DNA of 64,000 nt. Origin: Azolla caroliniana (taxonomy: Eukaryota > Plantae > Polypodiophyta). Location of the stretch: NCBI GenBank assembly GCA_043228905.1, contig JBHGNT010000017.1:2480001-2544000 (forward strand), given 5' to 3'. How positions within the stretch are numbered: position 1 is the stretch's first letter; every line of letters begins with the position of its first letter. The translations under genes were made by a program, and so were the position numbers. Below the pieces are notes generated by a model. The model was not told where the DNA came from. It made no database searches and saw nothing but the letters and a program-made list of their open reading frames with translations. Below are positions 24,301 through 38,509 of this stretch, piece after piece.

Positions 24301-27300
24301 CTCTAATTAAATGCATATGGCATGTCAATTACATACTCCCATATAGCAATAGGGAGTGGAAGCACTCAATGTAAATCAACAAGAACAAGAGAGGGAGACG
24401 GGTGCTTTATAAAGAGTTACCTTCGCCATAACATCCAACACTATAGGGAGTGAGATAGAGAATATTTTGTTATTAAATGCATATGATAAGTTGGTTACAC
24501 ATTCTCTTATTAAACGCATGACATGTCAATTACACTCTCGTGGACCTTTAATGTTAATAGCCCAGTAAGCATGCGTTCACATATTATATATGTTGAACTT
24601 GTTTCCCACACTCAGAACGTAGCATGTCAGCCAACTCCATGAAAATTTGGCTGAGTATCTGGGCAACTTCCAAGGTTTGGTTATGAATTTGTTATACCCA
24701 CCTTCAATCTCATGCCAGACTTTTGTTACTTTGCCAATGTCTAAGAAGTACACCACCTTGCCGGAAATCGTTCTGTTTTCTTGGTCAATGCACCAAAGCT
24801 AAATGTTGATAGCATTTGCTACCCAACTGCACCATGTATGTTAGACTGCCCGATCCATGTAGAAGATGAGGTTTATGTGGAGTTTCTTATGTGTCATGTC
24901 ATTGAAGAGCCACAAGTCCTTGCGGTGGCTTCAAGTTTGCTTCAATGGCATGTTGCTTAACAGAAATTGCAGGCCTCATATTCAATGACAAGTGTTTGAG
25001 GCACACCATTGCTGCTTTAAGCTGCTCCTTAATAATTTATGTCCATTCTTCTACGAATTCAGTCAAATCTATGGAATCAATTACCTTGTGAAGACTTGGT
25101 CCCCAAGTTTCTACTCAATAGAGGAGATTCAACATCACAAGGGTATCAAATAGCCACTATTTAGTTTTGGTTCTTGGAACAATATGCATGCACATTGTCT
25201 CTCAAGAGCACCGAAGGATGTATATCCATAAGAAAGTCGGGCACAAGCAACCTCCAATTCGGAGAATAACGGTAGTGAGAATGTTTCTCCTATGTATGTG
25301 CAGAATCATGGATATTTAACCTTTCCTCACCCAAGAAGAATTTTGGTTCTCATCTTGTTACCCATGTTTGGGTAGTGTTAAACACAGTCATGTTAGTTTC
25401 ATCAATGTATTGACAAACCTTTGTCCATACAAAATGATTCTAAAGCATTTTGACATCTTGTAGTGCCTCCAAAGAATCGGAGATCACCATAAAGTCATTA
25501 GCACATAGTAATATTTGTATGGTTATACCCTTTGCAAGTGCTCTCAAGCCACCAAATCTCACGATGTAATGTGATACCTTACTTTTATAGAGGCTGATGA
25601 GGGTGGGTGATAGTGGGCATCCTTGTTTTACTGAAACCGTACCATGCATGCCTCCAACAACCCATTTGGAGATCGCACTTATCTTGATACAGATTCATAT
25701 ATGAGACTATTTTATTTATATAGAACAGGAATGAAGACAACATGTTGTCATGTAAAAGAGTGTGTATGCTACTGGAGCATGACTGCAAGGGCCTTGAACT
25801 GGAGAAGGTGTGATGTTGCAGAAAGATAATTCCAGTTGCTTCCCCCGAAACCCTTCATGAAAAATACAGCTCATATCAAATCAATCGGCATACAAGCATT
25901 CAAGGGGGCGTGCACGCCTTTGAGGGGGCACTTGGATCAATCCACAAACACGTGGAATTGTGATTCCAATCCGGTGGTTGTATACCTTGTGTCTAGGCCA
26001 CGATGACTTTAATTTCTTTGAAACTGTGATCTTCAACCTCAGTGTCTAGGAAAAGGGCATGCGATAGATGACGACGTGAACTGGCAAGGCAAATTCTACC
26101 AAGAAATTGGAAGACTATTGGCAGTTATCGATATGGGAATCCCTATGATCACCTTGACCTTGCCAAGGTTTATGCTGATGTCATCTTTGCTTAATATATT
26201 CCCCAATAGCATGCCACTGGAAATGTTGACGACGTACTTCATTTGATTCAGGCTCAAGCAGGTAGCTCGGCATCTCATGTTAAATGTCAAGTGTTGCAAA
26301 TAGTCTGAAATTGCATCAAAGAGCGTCAAAACATTAATAACAACCTACAAAAGCGTTGGAACATATTTCTTATTCACCACAATGATTTGTTGGAAGCTGG
26401 CCACCAGAGTCTTTGGGCCAAAGACCATGTCTGCTACTACGACGACAAAGGCACCCCATTCAATGACAAAAATCATCTTCACTTAGTTTTCTAGCACCAT
26501 ATATCTATCACCGTTTACAAACAACATTTATTATATTCGTCCACTATAATATGAGAGGATTGTTATGGTCATCAAGTGTTGAAGAGGGTTGTGATGAACA
26601 CTTTAAGATCGTGGCTACACTCCATTCAATAAACAATGTGAGAACCATGGAAGAACCAAATCATACAGTGAGGCCCTTGAGAAAGAGATTTAACATGTAA
26701 AAAATGAGCCAGTGTTGAGACACCCTCATATGGTGACAATAACACAATAAGGACATGACAATTACTAATGCATCGCTAGCACACATAAGGAGTGATAACC
26801 AGGCTAAAATGAGCACAATCAACTCAAGTTTTAGTTAATGGAAAGGAGGGATACATAGGAGGACTGAGCTAGAGCTTAGGGTTGCCACTATCTTATGAGA
26901 TGGCAGAGTGATGGTGGAGCATGGCCACCACATCGATGCCCATGGCAGCAGTGCAACAGCTGTGGCAGAAGAATCGAACCTCCTCATTGTCATCATCATC
27001 ATTAAATAAAAAGACTACCATAAGTATTGATGACAACAAATGTCTTCTTCTACAAGCACATTTGCGTGCCCAAAAGGATATTGAACAAGGTTGTATTGTT
27101 CACAAATGACCCAAACCCATCCAACACATGTATGACCATGTGCAGGGCTTCGTAACTTGATGCATGTTGAATCCATGAACCCATTGAGATCATAGAGCCA
27201 AATAGAGCATTGATCCTCAGCTTCTTAATTAGTGCTATGTAGTAGTTGGCATGGCATGTTTCGAATCATATGGATGTAGTTCATGAGCATTTCGATTTCC

Positions 27301-27762
27301 CCCTGCTAGAGGTGTATATCCACACTCGAATTTGTTTACACCACTATAAACCAGTTTCTGGTTCGAGTAGTAATGCTCGTAGAGCCCTTACACTACTTCG
27401 CACTTGATCTCACAAGTTAGGTATTGAAGTTGCATCATGGTATTAAAATGTAACGAATTTGAAGACATATAAAGTATGTAATGAAGGCATGGTAGAGGAT
27501 AAATGTCACATGCTCGACATATAGTGCAATTCGTTCAAGATATGCTGACATACTAAGAGGGAGTGATAACTTAAGTGCCATACTTAAGACACCACCTAGA
27601 AGGTTGAGTTCATATGTGTATGCTTTACTAACACATAGAGACTTTGTGCTTCAACGTATGAATACCCCTTTTTAGGAAGGAGACATATATCAAGAACACA
27701 TGTATACTCTGGTCCCATAGGTCAAAATTGGCCTCTTTATGGACGATAAAAATTCTAATTCT

Positions 27763-27825
<63 letters not shown>

Positions 27826-27976
27826 ATGCTGAAGATGAAATAAACAGTTACTTGAGAGCTAATTTCTTGTAGGCCGTCTTGATTTGCTGCTCGGTTGCAT
27901 CCTTTGGAACTTCCAGAACCTCGTAAGGATCTCTCCTCGAAGTTGGAGAAGGTGTCCGGATCTTGTCATTAGACAT
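18358..27976 (-). CDS. ARG1/ATJ15-like type J-domain (DnaJ) protein, 11 coding exons, 401 aa
   Basis: Exons: 27976-27852, 23003-22880, 22448-22366, 22238-22127, 22039-21935, 21860-21810, 19646-19557, 19455-19347, 19268-19120, 19030-18977, 18561-18358. Total 1206 nt with consistent phases. The protein has RRDPYEVL...AYKKLALKFHPDKN (HPD motif), ELDLSNLGTVNTMFAALFSKLGVPIKT, TSAGMYFLHF, FFRKLEGLQPCE, GTHIFAVYGDNFFK and a C-terminal KKKWF, all characteristic of the ARG1/ARL family. Intron 4 is GC-AG. Confidence 0.93.
20903..21476. mobile_element. Probable solo LTR in intron 6 of the J-domain gene
   Basis: TGTAAT...GTAACA flanked by tggat (20898-20902) and tggac (21477-21481), a 5-bp TSD with one mismatch. 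It contains internal ~113-bp and short tandem repeats. Confidence 0.5.
22599..22946 (-). repeat. 120-bp tandem triplication spanning the exon 2 / intron 2 junction of the J-domain gene
   Basis: ...catcaatacct(t/c)aaac(c/t)cagacatgtc...tccatatgagtatgca recurs with an exact 120-nt period (lines 22621, 22741, 22861). Confidence 0.95.
23384..25521. repeat. Composite repeat, copy A (longest), in intron 1 of the J-domain gene
   Basis: Homologous to 35662-36898 (inverted) and 38510-39418 (direct). The left part is LTR-like non-coding DNA and the right part is a LINE fragment. Confidence 0.85.
24600..25700 (-). mobile_element. Decayed LINE (RTE-like) reverse transcriptase fragment
   Basis: VKQGCPLSPTL...IQILLCANDFMVISDSLEALQ corresponds to the LINE RT QGxxLSP and YADD motifs. 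Multiple stops. Confidence 0.8.
26050..26650 (-). mobile_element. Decayed Ty3/Gypsy RT fragment
   Basis: RCRATCLSLNQMKY...SGMLLGNILSKDDISINLGKVKVI and MVFGPKTLVASFQ are degenerate forms of the Gypsy RT motifs LNPxKC...LLGHIVS...DPxKV and MPFGLxNAPATFQ. Confidence 0.7.
27766..27819. repeat. (CT)n microsatellite near the 5' end of intron 1
   Basis: Uninterrupted tc/ct run of ~54 bp. Confidence 0.95.
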
Positions 27977-28899
27977 CCTTTCCTTGTCTGAGACAAGGAA
28001 TCGAAGAAATGTTTAGTCACAAATTCATACACCCGTGGATCTTTCAAATAGACGTTTCAGATTAAAAATTAGGGTTTGCTGAATAGAGTAAAAGAAAGGA
28101 ACTTCGGGGATCAGAAATTTGGGATACGCGGGCGTTAGGAAAAGTTTCAAATCACAAGATTAGATTTGGAGAATCGAAGTTGAGCAAATTTCTGGGTGGA
28201 AGCAAATGCAAAAACAGACTGCAGAGAGGTTAAGGTAGTCTGCAGTCAAACATCGATCTGCAGAGCAGTTAGAAGCAAAAATAACAATCGACGGGTGTGG
28301 ATGGCGTGGGCATTGACGCACGGACGGTTCGTTCTGTGGTGGGGATGGAATTAGGGTTTGGGGAGAGGAGGATACAGACAAATCAAATTGGTGAGATGAA
28401 GGTTAGGATTTGGGAGAGATTCTCATAGTTTGTTTTTTGGGGGGGGATGAATGGTCCAAGTGGGGGTGGGTCCATTTGTCTCCCTTCATAGGAAATCAAT
28501 TACATTCATATACAATTGATAGAGAAGGTGCAAAGACAACAAACATGGAGAGTTTTATCGGTTCTTCAAAGCAAAAAGTTTGGTTTTGTTTCTCCTAAAG
28601 TTCGCACTTTGATACAATGTTGTGCCCTTTGATCACATTCTACTATTCTTTCCACACATCTTTGACCAAACCCAACCCTTCCACAATTTTTTGGTCTCAT
28701 AGCTCATATTGACCTCCGAAATCAATAATAAAATTTCTTTGTCTATGTGTAAAAGCGCACAATTATATTAATGCTATGCAAAACCCACTTGTTACAACTT
28801 CTCGACCTTATCTATCCGCCTATATAGGGAGCAAGACATCCTATAAAACCATTAAAATGCTTGAATATCCACTTGAAGAAATTATCCTCATATGCGCTA

Positions 28900-31292
28900 A
28901 CATCCAAGAAATTCACATGGGAATGTTTTTCAACTTCTTCAAATAGGCTTTTATCCCATCTCTACCATTAACAAGAAAGCATTATGAATATTCCAATTGG
29001 GTTGCACTCCCCAGTATCGTAAATTTTGGAAAAATACCTCCAGCTCCTCACTGTTGAGGTCTTAAATAACAACGGGTTAAAACTTGCCAAATCTTTGATA
29101 AATACTTCTAAATGATATGCATTAGGACATTTAATGAACCTATATGTATTGTCCTCTAATGGATTGATGCAAAAGAAGCATATACCTAGCCCTAGTCATC
29201 CCCTCTTTAAGGCTAGACCTAATGGGAGCTCACTCTCCATATGAATACCTTTGCACGAAATAGTAAATGGGAATGTCAACTACTTTGCAATATTTGCCAC
29301 CACCTTGCATTTGATTCACATATATACTAATTTTCTACTTTGGGTGATAGACAATGATGCCATTCCATGATGATGCATATATATTTGTAGTGACTAGTAA
29401 AGAGCGTATAATATCCTTTAACCACCAATCTACCTAAGGTGCACGATTTGCTTTCATTGGCAATGATCCATATAACACTGGTATATAGTGTAATTTCTCC
29501 CAAATAAATCCATAATTTTGGGGAATGCATAACATCATTTAGCATCTTCAAATTTCAACAACCTTTGAGATTCATTATCAACTACATCTAGCAAGTCTAC
29601 AACCTCCAATCAAAATAAAACGTTGAATTGAGATCTTGACTTCTCTTTTTGTGCCAATGTCACAATTGAGAAGAAATGGGCAATTCATTTTGTAATGAAT
29701 TACAAAGTTCTTGTTTACTTCAAACAAAGATAAGGTGTCTTATCATGACCCTACCAATTGTTGTGCACATGATAAATGTTGAATCTACCCTCGTGTAAAC
29801 ATTGAACCTTGTTATCCCAAGCGTTCCAAATCACTTTCCATGCTAGAAATGAGGCGAGGCTTCCTCCAATTTATATGCAACCTTAAATCCAAGGCAAATT
29901 AGTCCCAATCTTGCACACTTCCTTCAAGATTTTCTTTCGAGGTCGATAGAAACATAAAATAATCATTTCCCAAGGCATCCGCTACTAACTTTCCATTGGA
30001 AGGAACATGCAAACCCACAATATCATCATTAGCTACGATATTGGACAACATTACTAACAATGGATGTGTAACAATAACAAATAATAGTGGACTTAGTGGA
30101 CATATTTGCCACATTGATTTAGTAAGAGAAACCTTGGGAGTAACTCCACCCTTACACATCACATGAGGTGTTGCATTTTGTCACAGCAAAAAAATAAGTC
30201 ATCACATATGACGACCAAACCCTATATTATATACATCACTATTGAGAGAAAATATGAATTAAATCATATGTTTTTTTCAAATCTAGTTACACCATAATCA
30301 TTTATTGATGTTTTTGTCGAGCATAATCGGTAGCATTTGGGTATCCAATACATTATGCAATATATTTCTGCTTACAATAAAAACCATGTTGAGATGGGTG
30401 AATAAATTAGGGTGATAATTTCTAAAGCTTGTTGGATAATGTATTTGCAAACACTTTGTGCAACCGTCCCATCAATGAAATAGGCCTCAATTGATGAAAT
30501 GACTTAGGTTATGGTACCTTTGGTATCAATTTGATTAGGCTCACCTTCGAACTCATGCAAGAAACAAATATCTCGACAATGTCGAAACATTTGTTTGAAT
30601 GGTCTCTTAAGAATGCAAGCATATTTTTTTAAATACGTCATTTGTAATATCATCCCCCTTAGGGCCTCTACCATTTGGAAGGCGTAACAATACCTTTTCC
30701 ATCTTGACTTCTTCAAAATCAACATACGATTCTTGACAAATATTTGTATTTACATTACACCCAATTGCATTTTAAAACTATTGTCTTGCTTTCAACACAT
30801 CCTCATTGATAATCGACCCTAACCCAATCAAGTCCTTAAAAAATGAAACACGTACCTCACTAACCTTATATGAGTCCACAAAATTATCATCTCTTATCTT
30901 AATTGGCACCACAATTGAACAAACATATCATGGTCTTAATCCTTGAAAAAACATATAAGATTGGGGCTAATTATCTATAAGCGCATGTCGTTACTAATGT
31001 TGTCGCGGAAAGTTGCGGCTTGCGACTTGGCTCGAGCGAGATCACCGGGGTCTCAAACCAAGGAGCTTAAGAATGAGTTCCGGTTGAGGCCTGCCGTGAT
31101 CGATCCGGGCTGGTCACCGAAAGCCGGATACCAAGCACACATGCTTGTAGAGCCATATCCAATATGGATTTGTCGTATGTTTCCGAAAGATGAGCACACG
31201 GGCATGTAGACACAAAGTGGTAAGCACAAAACAGATGAGAGAAGAACGATACCTCCCTGGACACCACAGACAAGTTAAGAATATTGACATGG

Positions 31293-31348
<56 letters not shown>

Positions 31349-32500
31349 CGTATACAACAATGCCAAATAATCGATTAAACACAGAGAAAGAATACAGATT
31401 TGGCCTTGGGCCAAAAAACAGAGCTTTGAGCTCAACAAACACGCAGACCGGTGAGTCTCTGGTCAGGAGCACACAGGCTTCCTACGTGAGCAGAGGCCTC
31501 ACACCGCCTAACCGGCTGAGCAAAACAGGAAACCTATAGTACTCAAGAACACAATCTAGCACCACCTTCTCCTATCCAAAATGACGATGCCCAAAGCAGT
31601 TTTCCTCTCCTCCTTTTATAGCTGAAGTAGGATCGGTTACATAAGTAGTTATGACAATTGTTTTTGTCATAGATTTCCCAAGATTCCCTCGAATTCCCAT
31701 CACGTCCTATTATTCTACCTCTCTTTTCGAGGTCCCGTAAGTACTCATAAAAGATGTTTTTTCTTTTACTTAATAATACTTCGATATTTACATTCGTTGT
31801 ACATTAGTCCTAATTTATGTGCATACTTGCACTCCCTTGTTCACACGCATCTAGCAGACCTTTCTGCTAATGGTCGGAATCCTCCACGACAACGTAGTAT
31901 TGCCTTCTTATAACTTTGATAATATAAACTATTCACGATGTCCTGTGACCAAACTCAATGATCCAAAAGTTCTTCATCATGTGGATTATGCATCAACAAT
32001 ACATTGCATCACCTAAGAATATGTGAAATTTTATTAATCGATTGTAGCCTATGTCATATAACATTAGTTACACAATACACATGGTGAATCTCTCTCTCTC
32101 ATCCCCTCTCGTTTCCTTACCTTCGTCAGGTGCCTCCCCTTTGTGCACATACACAAACTTCAATCTCCAAAATGAAGCCTCTACCCCATGATTGTTTTGC
32201 AGTCACATCAATCAACCTAGACCATCTCCTTCTTTATCAATACATTTGCTCCTTTTTGTCAGTGTAATTCTTTAGTTGTGACTTCCTACAGACTACACGC
32301 AAAGTTTCCTTAAGAATGGGCAGTGCTCTTAGGCATTTGCCAAGCGACATCATTTTTTCGTTACCACCAATTGGGCTACATGAACATTTACACTTTCTTC
32401 ATATCAAATAAATAGCTAGAAAACTTAGAACCCAAAATAAATTATTTCATACCCTCCATTGATTGTTTGTATGTGTGGCAAAGTCAATAGAATTGCATTC
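28900..32500 (-). mobile_element. Decayed L1-type LINE ORF2 remnant, interrupted by the solo LTR at 31001-31891
   Basis: SLTKSMWQICPLSPLLFVIVTHPLL...IVGLHVP...ALGNDY (RQGCPLSPLLF / FADD region) at 29899-30162 and an RPISL motif near 30480. Boundaries are approximate. Confidence 0.7.
31001..31891 (-). mobile_element. Solo LTR (891 bp), same termini as 79-618, 4-bp TSD ATGT/ACGT, containing (GA)n at 31296-31346
   Basis: TGTCGCGGA...TCCACGACA, flanked by atgt (30997-31000) and acgt (31892-31895). Shares ctccttttatag and gttacat(c)aagtagtta with the 79-618 element. Confidence 0.8.
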
Positions 32501-32989
32501 CCACTAATTATGAGGCATACTAGGAAATTGCAATGGTTACAACATCCTCTTTGCTCCATTTTTAGCATTCGAAGTTACTAAATATTCTTTAATTTTGCTC
32601 CTCTTGTGATGCCTTGTGTCTTTATGGTTAAAAAGGGAATACTTTGGACCTCTTTGATTGAGATTAGAAATAATCTAAATGAATAAAAGTATACAATCTT
32701 TAGATCTCATCGAATAAGAATAGAAATAAATTATATCAATAAAAAAAATACAATCTTTGTTGTATAAGTAGAAATTCCCTTTGAACCTATATCTATGAGT
32801 CTCATATAAATGAGAAGAAAAAGACAAGTTTGAATTGAGAATTATGCTTCACTTCTCCTTTAAATTCATGATAGACATAAGCCTAGATAAAATTAACATT
32901 TGGTGTGAGTTTCTACTTAAAACATAAACATTATTGTTTTCTTTCTCCTCACACCAAGTATTATAGGCATAAGCTTATGGTTCAATTCT

Positions 32990-34400
32990 AAAACTAAATT
33001 GACGGGGTTAAGGATAGAATAGTTGCCACAAAATGTGAATTCTTTTTGGAGGATTTGGATTATGGAAAGGAGACCAATATCTAGATTAACTTGGGATCCT
33101 AGAGAACTATATTGGAAGGTGTGGATTTAAGATAATATTAAATATGTGCCCTTTTTTCAATATTCAATGAAGATTGGTAGGAAAATATTAGGTGCTAGAT
33201 CATGGAAAGAACCAACAACAAATGTCTTTTGGAGACAAAATGGGTCTTCTCCACAACATCTTAAACAATTTTGGAAATGGTTGTGGGGTATAAAAACAAG
33301 TAGGAAAATTGTTTATTCCGTTCGTTTTTTGTTCATAAATCTATACCAGTTTGTTACGGGCATGACCATATAATATCCCGTGGTGAGAATTGTCGTAGTA
33401 TTCTATACACGTGGATAAGTGTGAGGGTTAAACAAAGAGTCTAAAGAAGGGGAGGATTACTTTTAATCCTCGGGATTGAGACAACCCATGAGGCCAAGTG
33501 TGAACATGGCTGGGGGCCTTGAGAATTACTATAAATAAGAGGCCTAGCTACCCTCATTGGGGCATGCATTGACTACGTCGAGACTCTGTCCGTGAGTGGA
33601 ACGACTCTTGTAGCAAGCGCGCTATCGTCCAGGTACGACTCGACGCCAAGGCGGTGGTATGGGACGCCGATCGAGGCTCGAGTCCGTCTCGATCCCTTCG
33701 CTCGGGGGTGGTCGGGTGGATCGGCACCCTTCTTTCTCTCTTTTCTCTCTATTCTTTCTAGATCTATCATTGATATATCCTTATTTTATGCTTACTTTAG
33801 TACCTAATCTCTAATACAGTTAATATGTAGCAAAAAGGGAATGTAGACAAGATGTGCACTTTCTGTACGGATCTAGTAGAGATTGATAAGCATTGTTGGT
33901 GGAGTTGTGGTTTTGCTATGGAAATATGGAAACGAATCCTCACATAATTAATACCAGTATATCCTCAAGCATTGTATACATGGGGTACAAGATAAACCAA
34001 TGGTATATGAACAAGAGGAGTTTGCAAATGTTATTGCGATGAGACATGGTTTGATGTAAAAAACATTGATACATTTGAATGCCCATATAGAGATTGATAA
34101 ACCTCAAATATGGCAATTGGTAAGTAGTATTACAATTTGGTATATTTGGAAGGCTCGATGTTTGAAGGTATTTCAAAATGTGACTGAAAGACCTGCCCAA
34201 ATAATTCTTGGGATTTGGACAAAGATTGTGCATAATCTCAATGGTTTGATGGATAGTATAAAAAGGTAATACGCAACAAGCGGGCTCAAACGATTAGAAT
34301 TTCATGCCATATGGGACATACATATATTTTATAGACGGATTTATGATAAGGTGGAGTAGTTCTACTCTACACCAAAGTATTTATTTAAGCCAACAGTTAG
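32990..34400 (+). mobile_element. 3' part of a decayed L1-type LINE ORF2 (zf-RVT region)
   Basis: FWKWLWGIKTSRKI, then after the LTR insert NVDKMCTFCTDLVEIDKHCWWSCGFAMEIW (CCHC zinc knuckle) and ITIWYIWKARCLKVF. Confidence 0.8.
33352..33816 (+). mobile_element. Solo LTR (465 bp) with 5-bp TSD CAGTT, inserted in the LINE remnant
   Basis: TGTTAC...CTAATA (decayed CA end). cagtt at 33347-33351 and 33817-33821. TATA box CTATAAATA at ~33529. Confidence 0.85.
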
Positions 34401-35661
34401 AATGTAGGAAAAAAGGGGTTTTGTGGAATTCTTGTATGTATAGCCTTAGGACGTTTTTTAATACTAATGTAGCATCTTTTTTTTTGGAAAAAAGAAGAAG
34501 AAGAAAGGATAGAATAGTTGGGAAACTAATTGTCCTAAGGACTTAAACAAACCCATAAGGACATATAACACACGACAATATGGTGTCGTCTAGGAGACCT
34601 AGGCATGAGGCAATATGTTGAGGGGGATAACTAACTCCTTTAGTTGGGCATCTTGAGACATTATCAAGACTCTATTGGTGAGGCTAAGCTCCTTTTTCAA
34701 ACCCATAGTTCAACTATATTTGATGGTATAAGGAACTGATGGTATTTTATGTTCGTCTTATGTCCTTTGCTCGAGGGTGATCGGTGTGTCAAGCGCTCTT
34801 AATCCAATTTGTTTACTTAATATCTTATTATTTTGTTCATCATTAATTCAATTTGTAATATTTTGCACTAGAGTTGTACTAATGATTTTCTCTCTCTTTT
34901 GTTGTCTATTTTTGGCGATTATTGAGATTGTTGGTAGACCCAAGAACAAATGAGCAAAAAATCAATATTCCTTTTTCTTTATTTTCTTTAATCTTGAGAT
35001 ATTATTAGTTTGGTAATTATTCAACAATAGTTTAATAATCAACATTTTCTTAAGATATCAATAAAATGTTTGATATCTCAAGATTTTAATACTTCTTTCA
35101 AAATTAACATTCAAATCGATCGATATATTAGTTGTGTGTGTTTTAAATTATTTAGAGGTGTAATATTTTTTACTTGATTTGAGGCATGACCTATGCTTAT
35201 AATATTAGGCTACTTAGGGTCAAGCGATGCTTGAGTCCAATACCTCATCAATAATAACCCTAGTGTCAACCACAAGTCCATTCAACATGTTATATTATTC
35301 ATTAAGTATATATTAATGAGAAGAAAATATTTTAATATCATTCAAAATGCTCTAAACGAATATTGGCAACCATATGTGTGTTGTCTACATATGCACATAT
35401 ACATTTTGCTTTTGTGCAACTTGGGATTTTTAGAGCAATATAGGATATTTTATTTTATTTTCATCAATACAACTTGTGAATAATTTTACAACGGACTGAC
35501 ACACATGTTTAAGCCTGGAAAAGCCGCCATGGATCACTAAGATATGGATCAGGGAAAGACATTGAATGTTAAGTTACTCCCATGGTTTTAAAAACATCAA
35601 TTGCTAACACAATCACTTAAGCTTGAACATCATCCACAAATGTAGAGACGATTGGAGTTCA

Positions 35662-36898
35662 CATACACATATTACTGTGTGCTAATGACTTTATGTTGAT
35701 CTCCAATTCTCTGGAGGTACTACAAGACGTTTAAATGCTTTAAAATCATTTTGTATGGACAAAGGTTTGTCAATACCTTAATGAAACTAACATGATGGTG
35801 TTTAACACCACCCAAACATGGGTAACAAGATCAGAACCAAAATTCTTCTTGGGTGAGGAAAGGCTACGTACCCACAATCATGCACATACTTAGGAGAAAC
35901 ATTCTCACTGCCTTTATTCTCCGTATTGGAGGTTGCTTGTGCTAGACTTTCTTGTGTTCATCGGTGCTCTTGAGAGACAATGTGCATGCATATTGTTCGA
36001 CAGAACCTAAACTAAGTAGTGGTTATTTGATACCCTTATGACATTGAATCTCTTCTATGGAGTAGAAACTTGGGGACCAAGTCTTCACAAGGTAATTGAT
36101 TCCATAGATTTGAAAGAATTCGTAGAAGAATGAACAACAATTGTCAAGGAGCAGGTCAAAGCAACAATGGTGTGCCTTCAAACGCTTGTCATTGAATATG
36201 TGGCCTGCAATTACATTGAGTGCTTCCACTCCCTTTTGCAACATGGATGATGGGAGTATGTAATCCACATGTCATATGCATTTAATTAGAGAATATGCAA
36301 CTGACTTATCATATGCATTGAATGACAAAATATTCTCCATCTCACTCCCTTCAATGTTGGCTCATAGGATTGCCATTACCACAACAACTTTTGTTGTTTT
36401 TGTTTCATTTGTATCCAAGTCACTATTCCAAAATCACTCTATAACATCTTGTAAGAGGAAAAATATGGGAAGATTTTAAGGACGATTAATTATTATGTCT
36501 GTTGCTTTGTTGACTCCCTTCCATTGTCTTCTATCTAAATAAGGACATCAATTATTGTCGAGTGTTCTCTGGTAGATATGATATGTTTCTACCAATTTAT
36601 TATCTAACTACTGCATGATTAAATATTCTGTAAGGAACTAAATACTAAGATATGTGTGTGATTAAGCTATCTAGCGTGTTGAGCAGTGCTTGACTATGTA
36701 TCCTCAATCCTGGTAACCTTTGGCCGATCACCTCACCTATGTATGAAACTAAATGGAAACCAGAAGGTGGGGAGACTTTTATTCCCGATCAGTTCATGAT
36801 CAGCTTCATTCGCTAAGTAGCCGAGCTGGTTAGTGTTACCCAATCACTGGCCACAAATGACTCTTGATAACCAAGTGGGAACCTGATGGCCATCCAAG
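35662..36898. repeat. Composite repeat, copy B (inverted relative to A and C)
   Basis: Reverse complement of 23443-25521 with two internal deletions. The ORF-track peptides MHLIREYATDLSYALND... appear at 36276(+) and 38909(-). Confidence 0.9.
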
Positions 36899-38509
36899 GA
36901 TGGCCTAAGAGAGAGAGAGAGAGAGAAAGACTATTAAAGGCCAAAATCAGTCTACAAGACAATATCAGATGGACAAAAGTTGTCTTCTGTCTGTTTGCGA
37001 GGAGGAAATGGTATGATAAAAACAGTGTAAGAATAATAGGAATTGAAAGTGAGATGCTTACATGATCTCCTCGTACATACAAGTATGATGATGATGTGTA
37101 CCAGCTTCCAAATAATGTCTAAGATGCTTTTTTAAGGTAAAATACCCGGCTCAAATATAGCTAGCTTCCTTCTATAGCAATCGAAGGGTGTGGAATGAGA
37201 TACTCTGGTGGGTCCGGTGTCAAGGCTCTTTGAATGAGTTTCATAAAGGTTTAATACCAACTTGGTTGCCTTCTTATGTGCAACATGGGACAATCTCTGT
37301 CTGATCTCCTCGATCTATCTACAATAGAGTCTTGGGGCACTCTCTGTTCTGAGGCTGATGTTCATCATTGCAGGGTGATCCCTCCAAAACATTTTATTTG
37401 TAGTTCAGTGTTGTTTTTTTAGTCTCAAATATGTACTCCACAACACTCTCCATGTCAATTACTTCAATTGGAATTTACCCAATCTCAAGCAATAGGAGAA
37501 TTTGTGGGTTTCACTAGTTTTCCTTTGACGAAACGAAGAAAGTATTGTTGGACATTTTAAAACTCTTTGAAAATAAGCTTCAAGAATTCTTACAATAGAT
37601 GGTTTATCCTAGTTGAGAGCCTTAATAAGCATACCCTTTGTTTTGGAGATATTGGCATTCAACCCATTACTAGGAGATGGATAGATACATTTTTTATTGT
37701 CCTTAGAGGTCAAGCAAGAGCCATCACAGAGATGAAATTAAATTATATGTCTAATCACCATGTGGATAAGGGCCAAAAATGTCCTATGGGAGTGAGCTAG
37801 ATTTTAGGCAAAATATTCCAAATAGAAACCACATAAACAGGAGAAAGTTTACAGCCTCTAGATAAGGAAAAACGGCGTTTCGACATGATTTCAGCTTATA
37901 TATTACTTGTATAGGAGTGCTCAAAGTGGCAAATAAATCCACACATCTTAAAGAGGTAAATACATAAACACATAAATGTTCTTTGATGGCTATTGAAGGC
38001 CAAAATCATCTTATGAGAAAAAACAGGTCTACATTCGATGATTATCAGGAATGGCAAAGCAAAGTGAGATGCTTGCATATATACAGATATGGGGAGAGAG
38101 AGAGAGAGATTATATTATTGTCTTCGAAGTATTACATTTCACGTGATACATGTGAAAGTGAGTAGCGATTCTCGATGTTCAAGAACTTTACTAATGAATG
38201 TTGCAATCAAGAGTGCACAATATGGTTGTAAGAGAAATTTGTGCAAGGATTGGGCTCGATCGAAGAGATGTGGAAAGCATGATTGAATATGATCAAAGGC
38301 AAAGCCTTGTATCAAAGTGTGATACTCAAACTCTCAAACTTGTTTAGGGCAAAGTGTGCATAGCCGGCCACTCTCATCACTTGTGCCCCAACGCCTTGTC
38401 TCACATCACAATGCATGTGAGCTAAGTCACATGGAAGCAATGGTTCAAATGGCAGATAACGGGGTGGGCTCTAACATGTATCGATGAACGACTATATTTT
38501 AAACTCACA

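Noticed and set aside
37860-37890. aaacggcgtttcgacatg resembles J-gene exon 2 (aaacggcgtcaatacgacatg)
   Set aside because: The match is too short and gapped to distinguish from chance by eye.
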